Assembly: GCF_036588685.1 (NCBI RefSeq)
Contig: NC_086376.1
Span: 13,578,001-13,642,000, forward strand
Reading direction: 5' to 3'
Origin: Mytilus trossulus
Taxonomy: Eukaryota
DNA: 64,000 bases
Shown: piece by piece, positions 12,801 to 24,800 of the stretch
Layout: every line of letters starts with the position of its first letter
Numbering within the stretch: the stretch's first letter is position 1
Made by a program: the position numbers and the translations under genes
The notes under the pieces: generated by a model
The model's database searches: none
Told to the model about the DNA's origin: nothing
What the model saw: the letters and a program-made list of their open reading frames with translations, nothing else

Positions 12801-15800
12801 TGAAAGTAGTAAAGGCAGAGTAACAACTATACTAATCATTTTAACGTTATATTGTGTTTTAATGCATGGACAATTTTAAAAAAAATCAAAAAAAATCAAA
12901 TCAATCTGCAGAATCTGAATTGTTTCTTAATATAAAACAAAAAATGGTTGACATGAGAGTCTTGGAAATCAACTCTGTAAATATGGAAACTATTGCGTGC
13001 ATTTATTATTGCAATTTATGAAGACTGAACAAAAAATGTCAGAATAATTATTGCTTTTTCAGGAAAATTTTCATGCAAATAAATGTGTTTGATATTAGAT
13101 TGCAAGTTGTTGTTATGGCGATACACATCAAATCCCATTATTAGCATTAATAAAAATATTGCAATAATTTTGGAATTTACAATAGGTCATCAGAGAAAAA
13201 GAAAATAAGAAAAAAGAAAATGAACATTGCACATCAACCAGCAGCAGATGGCATTCATTTATTTCAATTGAAGGGTCAAAAGAGGTATAGCATTTTTACT
13301 TTACAAGTTATATGGTCAATTCCGTAATGAACAACATAATGTTGAGTGGCTGTTGTTTGTTGATGTGGTTCATACATGTAAGTGTTTCTTGTTTTTTTAT
13401 ATATACATGTAGATTAAACCGTTGGTTTTCCCATTCATACGATTTTACACCAGTCATTTTTATAGACCCTTAATAATTTGCTGTTTGGTGTGAGCCAAGG
13501 CTCTCTGTTGAAGACCACACTTTGACCTACAATGGTTAACTTTTACACATTGTAACTTGGATGGAGAGTTGTTTCATTGCCACTCATACCACATCTCCTT
13601 ACATCTAAAAACATACCATCTGTATAACACAATACTTCTACATCTCTTTTATGATTAGAACAATCATTGTCAGCCACACCCCATCCTGAATTGTTACACA
13701 TCAGGATGGATTTCTCTAATCCAGTACATATAACACCACTGAGGAAGATATTTCCTGTTCCACCGTTCCCTAAGTTTGTTGTTTCTCCGTCAGCAAAGCC
13801 CTTCTCTTTACACAGAACTTTAGAATTGGTCTTAGACCAGTATTTATTACAGACTGACCCTTTCTGTCCATCGTAAGTTATCTCTACACGTCCTGTCTGG
13901 CCACCTCCTACAATACTCATTCTAGGGGCTGAAATAACATAATGAATTATTTAAACATATTCATCAATAGAGATGTGTAATCTATAATACATTGTACATG
14001 TATATGACCCACTCTTTAAAAAAACTATGTCTTTCATTAAAAGTAGGCGCTAGTACATACAATTTTCACATTCCAATAATACTATACATATATTAACTAT
14101 CAATCAATTATGGGTCCTTTTGCTTAAATTTATTTATCAGTTCGATTCATTTTGCTTTGCTGCATGTGCACTAAACTACTTTCAATCATTCCTATATCAT
14201 GTATATGCTTGCTTTGTCTTCTTCACGAAATACATATTGAGATTAGAATCTTTGATGATAAACTTAACTTTACCACAGTGGCGGATCCAGAGGGGGGGTT
14301 CCGGGGGTCCGCACCCCCCCTTTATTTTGGCCGATCAATGCATTTGAATCGGGACATATGTTTGCACCCCCCTGCACCCCCCTTTGCCCTGGGCTAGCAC
14401 CCCCCCTTTCGAAAATACCTGCATCCGCCACTGTACCATGTTTACTTTCATGACTTAAGGTACATGTAAAAATAAAATAAAAACATTTTTTTTTGTAGAA
14501 ATTTGTTTTTTACCACAACAGGTATAGTAAATTTGTGTATAACTTGATGCCACTAGTTTTTAAAAGATATGTACATGTATGCAATAATCTATGAAACATT
14601 TGTAAATATATTCTAAGTAACTTTGAGGGTCTCAGTTTATGACATTTCCTTGTTGTGTTGAAGAGCTATTGGTGACCTTAAGCTGTTTTCTGCTGTTTGG
14701 GTTGTTGTCTCTTTGACATAGTCCCCATTTCCAATTCTCAATTTTATATATGTGTAATTCGCTATTAAAAATCTACAAACTGTGCAATTTTTCTACATGT
14801 ATATGACTGTCATTTGTGTATTCGTTCACCAAGCCTGAGGGAGTATAGAACCATTATAGATTATGAAATATGATCACATAACATAAATCAACATGATCAA
14901 TATGATATCTTAATTATTACAGGTTACTAGCACATATACATGTACATGTAATTATATGTAATAAAAGGGTAACGTCCATAAGATAATACATGTCATAGTT
15001 ATCATTTCAGGATTTCTTAGTTCAAGGTTCATCTGAGGGTCTCCATAAAAAAACAATACAGCAATTATTAATCGTGTGAAAGTATAATAAAAATTATATG
15101 TATTAGCAGTTATTACCATGATTGCAGTAATAAAACCTATCACATATCATGCATATACATGTACATCAAGAACATACATGTACATGAATTTTGTATAAAA
15201 TCAATTAAACCGTAGTTCCATGTATCTTCAATTAATTTACATTTTTATGTTCTTAGAGCCAATACAAAAAAAAAATCTTTTAGATGATTAAAAATGATTA
15301 AATTTCCAAATGGTCTTAGGACCAAAATTAAAAATATGTTCACCAAAGCACCTGGGCAAGCAGTGTTTAATAATTTTTGTCATTATACATTGTACATTTT
15401 TGTAAGTGATGAACCATTCTTTAAGTCTTTTGTTGGAGAAGATGGAACTAAGTTGAAAAACTTGTGTCTAATCCATTTGTTTTGTACAATAAAATATGTT
15501 TAAACTAAGTCGTTTGTTACCCATTATTGAAGACGGATAGCCAGGATAAAATCATTAATAAAACATGAATAACTAGTCTTAAATTCTGGTTCACTGTCCA
15601 AAGGAATCAGAAATAATGCTTAAATCTCACACTAAACAAAGACTAAATTTCCATGTAGCAATGTTTGCAGCACAGAAAAGAGTTAACTTGTTGTTATTTG
15701 TTAACAATAGGTTGCCCTCTTTCCGTTAAAAATTAATACAAAAAAACACTGTTTCTAACGACATGAATGCCCCACTTTAGCTTTGCAATTTTCCAAGTTA

Positions 15801-18800
15801 ACAAGGTCATTACTATAGAACAGTAAATGACTCACAATTTGAATTCAAACTCTGTCTGGCTGTTGTGGCTACAGCATTGTGCATGTTGTGTATTAGTTTC
15901 ATGACATATATGGATGGGACAAATTTATGTTAAATTGTGGAACTTAAATGGGACAAACAGACAGAGGGTGAAGGGTAACAAGGCAACAGACACATACACT
16001 TTGTCATGTTTGTATTGATAACATAACATAAATGGATGTCAGTAGCCTCATTTTAAAAAGATAAAATCAAATTATTTTACTGGTTTCAGGCAAATACTTT
16101 TAAAAATACTTTTATGTATATTCATACTCAATGATACTATTCGATTCCTGATTTAATATTGAACTTATGTGACATGCACTCAATGTAATCCTACACCATT
16201 CAATGTTCTAGCTTGTATGCACATGTAAACCTGTTGCCATTGGCAGTTTAAGACCATAATAGACCACAAACTAGGATGTACCGGGTAAGTACAAATGATG
16301 TACAAGGTTTATCAACTAGTTTAACATTAGTCACATCATCACATGACAGTATTAATTACTAGTGAGACAGGAACTGTTTCAATAACTCCAATTTTGTAAA
16401 ACATTTTGTTGGTCGTCTAACTTTTTTGTGAAGTGTATTATTAACAACTGTTTCTTTTTCAATAGGCTTTTTACTTCAGTTAATTATAATTTCAGCTAAA
16501 ATTGTAATCTTGATTGGTCCCTTTGGTCATGTTGGCTGTGTTTTATATGGTATATTCATCAATTTCCTTGTGTCTTTTATTTAGTTCAATTCAACATACA
16601 AACAAAATCTATCATATAATGTTGATCATCAAGATATTCCTACAAGATCATAAGCTAAAGCAATAATAGGTACAAACCTTCCTTTTTATAACACAGCACA
16701 GAGACAGCAGGACACCAGAAAACAGGATGAAACCAAGAAGAACTTTTACAGTCGAAAAGAGATGTTTCCTTTCCTGTGCACTTCAAACCACTGACCCAGG
16801 CAACTTTATCTGGTTGATGTTTGGTACCAAATACTACTCCACCAATGAATCCTTTACTCCGACAAACTACTGAGGCTTCAACATTGGACCATTCATAAGA
16901 GCAGGCATGACCCCACACGCCAAGGTGTTTTACTTCAACACGACCCCATGCATCCCCACCATCTACAATTCTTACATCAAAATCTGAAATACAGTGTGTA
17001 TTATGTATATTTTCATACAAACCACAAAGCAAAACATAAAAAGACTATATAATAAGTTAAGTAATCTATACATGCTATATAAATAGAAACAGTTTTTTTT
17101 AACTTATTTGTTAATTGATAGCACTTGAAAAATACATTAATGACTTCTGTAAATTCATACGTCTACAATTATCTCCAAAAAGGTGATGAATAATCTTAAC
17201 AATTTTACTATTCAGATCTTTGTGATGAAAATGAAATGTTTTCAGTTGATATGGAAGTCTGCCATGAAAATTGAACTTGTTATCAGGACAGAGAACATGG
17301 AGAAGGTTTCACCTTTGAAAGTGTTCATAATTAAAAGGACTGAGTAATAGCTTTACATGTATGTCAATCTTATTTTGATTATTTACATATATCTTTAAAC
17401 CATTTAACCATTATGCTTATTTTTGGAGACAACTTACTCATGTCAATATTACTTAATGATGTTTCATAGCACACAGCTCCAGCTAAACTTCCTTCAACAC
17501 AGCTCTGCCAATAATAGTCGGAGAAAGAGCAATTCAACAACCTACTCTCTTTTCCTGAGCAATTAAATTTGTAGAAGGCATCAGAAAATCCCAGAGACAT
17601 TCCAATAGATCCTCTGGTTGCATTTGTTATTGCTTTACCAGAGACATAACCCAGTTCTCGACAAACGACGCCTGCATCAATATCGTTCCATCTGTGATGA
17701 CACACCTCTGACCAACCCTTTGGTCCACTAACTTCCACCAGCCCAACATTTGGTTGATTTTTGGCATAGCGCAACTGTGCTATCAGTAAAATAATAGAAA
17801 AAAAGAAAATAATAATACATTGTACATGTTTTAAATACATGTATAACAAAAATCTGTCCCCAGTACACAGACCCCCATTTGCACTATCATTTTTTATGTT
17901 CAGTGGACTGTGAAAATTGGAGAAAATCTCTGATTTGGCATTAAAATTAGAAAGATCATATCATAAGTAACATGTGTACTAAGTTTAAACAGTTTAGATT
18001 CCTACCAATATAAAAAAGAAGATGTAGTATGATTGCCAATGAGACAACTATCCACAAAAGACCAAACTGACACAGACATTAACAACTATACATTGTAGGT
18101 CACGGTACAGCCTTCAACAATGAGCAAAGCCCATACTACGTAGTCAGCTTTAAAAGGCCCTGATAAGACAATGTAAAAAAATGTACACTTATTTACTGGC
18201 AATTTGAATAATAACAATTTTATATTGTCTCCAGATACACTGATTCCTGACACTAAGCAGAGTTGTTGCCAAGGAGACCAATAAGTGATTTTATGTTAAT
18301 TTCATTTGTACAACCAGGGATGGATCAAGATATTTTTAAAAGGGGATGGATGAAACCTCTCAACCATATGTCCCTATTTAAGAGAATTGATCTACATGTA
18401 TGGTTTTACAGACAAGACTTTTAATAAAAATGTATTTATCTGTCTATTTCTATTTTATAGCATGCTCAGGAGTAATTTCATCTGTTATTCATTTTCATAA
18501 ATCAGGCATTGCATCAGTAGTCATCATGGTCATACCTAAATGTCTACGTCAGGCATCAGTAACTGAGTAAGCAGACTAACAAAATTAACATTAATAGTTA
18601 CAAAGAGAGAAAAGTGAAAGATAAAAATAAGGGGCATCACACACACACAACCATTGACAACTGTTATCTGGAATAGTGTACTGCTGGTTTTGATCATGGA
18701 GGCAGCCAAGGAAAGGCCTCATGCTTATAAGAGCAAGAGTCATTATACACTCAAGAACTGAAGAGTATGACTCTGTATTGAAAGAAGGATAGTAGGAACA

Positions 18801-21800
18801 CTTAACGAAATTTAAAAAATATTTGTATACATATATAGTTAAGAAAAAAGGTCCATTCACATATATACATGTAAGTGCATTTGGTAGTCCTTTAAATCTA
18901 GTCCGAGATTACTCTGACGTCCAAAGGCTGTTTGGCCAGACAAGCTGGGGCCGTGAGATCAGAGCTTGTCCCATATCAAAAAGTGGATATTTGCCCACCC
19001 AAAATAGATGCGCTAATTTGTTGCTTCTGGAGCCGACTGAGGGCCTTGGAATTATATATAAATCGGGCATCAATCTCTTCTTTTTCTCATTTATCTCTTC
19101 ATTTATGTAAGTTTCACCTACCTGCCAACCTTTATTTTTCTATATTTTAACAGTTTTCACAGAGACCCGTCGATTTAAACATTTTGACTTTCACTTTCAA
19201 AGTTTATCACGTGACCACGAGAAAACAGTGCAAATGACCAAAATGTAACACCTCGTTCATTTACGATGCAAGTTAACTAAATGTCCGAGAGCTTCCGATT
19301 GCTATCGTGGTCGGAACTAAATGCTAATTACCAATCTCCTGTAAAGGGGGTAAAAAAACGTGGTTGCTTCTAAATGTTAATCATTGATAACCTCGTCGGA
19401 CGTCAGAGTAATCTCGGACTATTTAAATCTTACTATCATGGCTATAGCCTATACTCTAGGGGTAATGTCATGCTCATTGTTGAAAAATGTACAGTGACCT
19501 TTATGTTCTAACATTTATGTCATTCAGTCTCTTGTGCATAGATTTATCATAGGCGTAACATAAAAATAAAGTGAATACAGTTTTGTGAATTTTCACACTT
19601 ACAATTCAATTTTTATACGTGACTTCTCACTTTTCTTCATGTTTGTCAATTTTAAAGAACAATTTGTCCTACAATTTTCTTTTCCGAGGAACAACATGCC
19701 AATTAATCAGTTATGTGCAAATTCAATCTTAAAAATAGCTTTAAATTTTCCGCCCTGAGATTTGTTTTTTACCGGAAGTAAACAAAACAAATAAAATAGG
19801 GAAACGGTATCCGTTTTATTCCGGAATTGTAGCAAATCAAGTTTAACTTGAAAAAGTCCCATTTCCAATCGACAACAAAAACATATCGAAAAGCAAGAAA
19901 ATATGATTTTAGCGTGACGTCGATCAATATTTGTAATCATTAACTTTATAGTGGTTTTTTTTATAATTTGAAATGTTTAAAGTTTTAGTATTTATGGATT
20001 AGGAGAGTACTGGGAGACGATATGAGAGACAATCCTTATGAATAATATAAATCAAATGAATATACAAATATATGTATCAGCAAAAGACATATCAAGCGAA
20101 AGTCGCAAAAAAACCCAACAAACAACCAAAAGACAGCGTTCTAGACCTTGTAACAGGTGTGCATGCAAGCTGTCACCATATGCAAATACCAAAAACAAGA
20201 ACGATCTTTAAAAAAGATATATCCGACCAGAGACATATATACACCTGTGTATATATGTCTCTGATCCGACGTATTTAAATTTGAGTATTATGTTTAAAAC
20301 TATCATTTCGATAACCTTCAGAAGCACAATGACTAAATGATGTAGGACCTCTTTAAAATCTCCATCTGCATGTAACTACAAGAAATTATTAAGTCTGGTT
20401 ATATTAAGGCAATAATATATAAGAATATTGTGATGATACCTAAAAGTTTATTTGTCAAAAAATCCAGTGCAAATAAAAAGAAACAAATATACATTTACTA
20501 CTGTTTACATTAAACTTAATTCATGGTTAACAAAGCTAGAAACTATTGGTAGTATAAGTAGTATCTTTCTGTTTACATTCACCCAAAACCCCGCGGAAAT
20601 CTTACATGCGTAGGTGCGTTCCCAAAGGTACAACAAAGTTTACATTAAAAATTATATATTTGTCCCGAATAAACAGCTGTCATGGATGCAAAGAGGTATT
20701 GGAGAAACAATTATTTTAATAAAAATATAAATCTTTGTAAGATCTAGTTCAAATATTTATAGTTTTTCACTTGCTTTCCATCACGATATAATTTTCGATA
20801 CGTTTTTTCAAACACAACCAAATCACCCACCGTGACAGCTTTTTGTCCAATCACAGAAAGGATTTTCGAGCGTATTCTGTTGCCATAGTGAAGCGTCTTT
20901 AAGTTCAAAGGGCACAAACCGAAACTATACCGACTACGTCGGAAAAAGACCGCGGACCACAAAGGAAGCCGCCGTGTGATTTGACTATAAAAGACAACCA
21001 AGCGATTCTGAATTTTGACCTAAACACAAACCAACATCAAATTAACGCCAATGATAAGATATACTCTTCGTTTCAAATCCCGAAAGGCTTGAAAATACTG
21101 TAGAACAGACTGTTGATTTTACAACAATATTCGAACATTTTATTAACTAAATGAATACCTACAAGTAACGTTGAAACAGGAGACGCCAGCATCTTCCTGG
21201 TGGTTGCAGTTGTGTACTCCCCAAGGATTGGTCAGACATTCGTCCAGCGATGTCTCATGTCCTTTACAAATAACTTCATCTAAATAGATCTGACCTTTGC
21301 CTTGACCAAAATGGGCTAATGAATGCCCTATCTGAAAATATCACAAACAAATATATCTATAATACTAAAATTACGAGGTCCAATTTGTCAGCTGTCATCA
21401 CGTAAAAACGACGAATCAAAGAATTCAACTTTATATATAACTAATATAGTACAAAGGTATAGATTAAAAATTACACCACTCCAGGCCCTTTTGTTTTCCA
21501 CGTAATTTGTATTGCCAATAATTAAGAAGTTCCGGGTCGATTCCGATACCGATACCAATAGTATATTTACCTGTTACCTATTACCTTATCTGTACGTTCC
21601 GCATCTGACAGGCGCACCACCAAACGGTGTATTCAGGATTAATATGCTATATACACGGGTCATAATCACAGGGTAACGTTGACACTACTGAATTGTCAAA
21701 TTGTTACCTATTGTAGTGTTTTAATCAGTAAGACTTTCTAAGATAACAATACGAATACTAAAAATCTGTACTGAAAATAAGGCGCATAGGTACGGGTTTC

Positions 21801-24800
21801 AATTTGTTAGCGGGCATGACGTAAAACAGCAAATCAAAGAATTCAACTTTATTTATAACTTATATAGGACAATGCTGTTGATTAAAAAATACTCCATTCC
21901 AGGACCTTTTGTTTTCCAAATAATTAATATTACCAATAATTGATAAGTTCCAGTTCGACGGGTTCCAACAGAAAGATTTGAAAGCAGAGAAAACTGTGTA
22001 TCTAATAAATGGCATGACTTTATCAGACGACAAAACTAATACTAAAATAAGGCTTGCGCATAGTTCTACACTTTAATTCAGTCACGGACCCGCGATATCA
22101 CGGGTGTGTTCTAGTAATTCTAAAAGGTTCAAGCATCGGTTTTCAGTTTCCAAAATACACCAATACTTAGTACCCGTCGAAAAAGATTCCGCAACGTACA
22201 ATACTTGTAATAACTACTTTAAACTTGAAATTAGTCATAGATTAAACAAAATTTTAATACATGTGCTATAAATGTTCTGTTGGATCTTCAATGCTTTTTC
22301 ACGGTTATCAGAGAATAAGACCTTGTCATGAACACTCTATAGATGAATATTCACAGCCATACAAGTACACCTTGCAATAGTTCATACACCAACCTATACC
22401 CCAACGGACTAAACCCCAAACACTTCACATAGACCATTGAACCACGAACACGAGTTCAAGGCTTGATTTATTCTTCAATAATAATTTACGAATTAAACAA
22501 TTACGACAGACAGCAACTAACAACAACCGGTGACCTAAAGACTCCTTTCTTATGACAGGTACATAATGAAGATGACAGGGTTTAACATGTTTGTGAATGA
22601 TGTATATACCCTCCCCATAGAGTGAATGATGTATATACCCTCCCCATAGAGTGGGAAAGTGGTGTAACCCTACATCGTACGAATAAAGTGTAAACTTCAG
22701 TTATGATGTATATACCCTCCCCATAGATTGAGAAAGTGGTGTAACCCCACATCGTACGAATAAAGTGTAAACTTCAGTTATGATGTATATACCCTCCCCA
22801 TAGATTGAGAAAGTGGTGTAACCCCACATCGTAAGAATACAGTGTAAACATCAGTTATGATGTATATACCCTCCCCATAGATTGAGAAAGTGGTGTAACC
22901 CCACATTTGTTTGTGAATGATGTATATACCCTCCCCATAGGTTGAGAAAGTGGTGTAACCCCACATCGTAAGAATACAGTGTAAACATCAGTTATGATGC
23001 ATATACCCTCCCCATAGATTGAGAAAGTGGCGTAACCCCACATCGTAAGAATACAGTGTAAACATCAGTTATGATGTATATACCCTCCCCATAGATTGAG
23101 AAAGTGGCGTAACCCCACATCGTAAGAATACAGTGTAAACATCAGTTATGATGTATATACCCTCCCCATAGATTGAGAAAGTGGTGTAACCCCACATCGT
23201 AAGAATACAGTGTAAACATCAGTTATGATGTATATACCCTCCCAATAGATTGAGAAAGTGGTGTAACCCCACATCGTAAGAATACAGTGTAAACATCAGT
23301 TATGATGTATATACCCTCCCAATAGATTGAGAAAGTGGTGTAACCCCACATCGTAAGAATACAGTGTAAACATCAGTTATATGATGTATATACCCTCCCC
23401 ATAGATTGAGAAAGTGGCGTAACCCCACATCGTAAGAATACAGTGTAAACATCAGTTATGATGTATATACCCTCCCCATAGATTGAGAAAGTGGTGTAAC
23501 CCCACATCGTAAGAATACAGTGTAAACATCAGTTATGATGCATATACCCTCCCCATAGATTGAGAAAGTGGCGTAACCCCACATCGTAAGAATACAGTGT
23601 AAACATCAGTTATGATGTATATACCCTCCCCATAGATTGAGAAAGTGGCGTAACCCCACATCGTAAGAATACAGTGTAAACATCAGTTATGATGTATATA
23701 CCCTCCCCATAGATTGAGAAAGTGGTGTAACCCCACATCGTAAGAATACAGTGTAAACATCAGTTATGATGTATATACCCTCCCAATAGATTGAGAAAGT
23801 GGTGTAACCCCACATCGTAAGAATACAGTGTAAACATCAGTTATATGATGTATATACCCTCCCCATAGATTGAGAAAGTGGCGTAACCCCACATCGTAAG
23901 AATACAGTGTAAACATCAGTTATGATGTATATACCCTCCCCATAGATTGAGAAAGTGGTGTAACCCCACATCGTAAGAATACAGTGTAAACATCAGTTAT
24001 GATGTATATACCCTCCCCATAGATTGAGAAAGTGGTGTAAACCCCACATCGTAAGAATACAGTGTAAACATCAGTTATGATGTATATACCCTCCCCATAG
24101 ATTGAGAAAGTGGTGTAACCCTACATCGTAAGAATACAGTGTAAACATCAGTTGTGATGTATATACCCTCCCCATAGATTGAGAAAGTGGTGTAACCCCA
24201 CATCGTAAGAATACAGTGTAAACATCAGTTATGATGTTTATACCCTCCCCATAGATTGAGAAAGTGGTGTAACCCCACATTTGTTTGTGAATGATGTATA
24301 TACCCTCCCCATAGAGTGAGAAAGTGATGTAACCCCACATCGTAAGAATACAGTGTAAACATCAGTTATGATGTATATACCCTCCCCATAGGTTGAGAAA
24401 GTGGTGTAACCCCACATCGTAAGAATACAGTGTAAACATCAGTTATGATGTATATACCCTCCCCATAGATTGAGAAAGTGGTGTAACCCCACATCGTAAG
24501 AATACAGTGTAAACATCAGTTATGATGTATATACCCTCCCCATAGATTGAGAAAGTGGCGTAACCCCACATCGTAAGAATACAGTGTAAACATCAGTTAT
24601 GATGTATATACCCTCCCCATAGATTGAGAAAGTGGTGTAACCCCGCATCGTAAGAATACAGTGTAAACATCAGTTATGATGTATATACCCCCCCATAGAT
24701 TGAGAAAGTGGTGTAAACCCCACATCGTAAGAATACAGTGTAAACATCAGTTATGATGTATATACCCTCCCCATAGATTGAGAAAGTGGTGTAACCTTAC

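Noticed and set aside
1857-13876. Antisense or alternate-frame ORFs over exons (e.g. 1952, 3485, 5525, 6197, 11263, 13667)
   Set aside because: Shadows of real exons with no recognisable motifs
1272-17849. SRCR ORFs as separate single-domain genes
   Set aside because: Track starts and stops fall in introns; splice sites and phases join them into one gene
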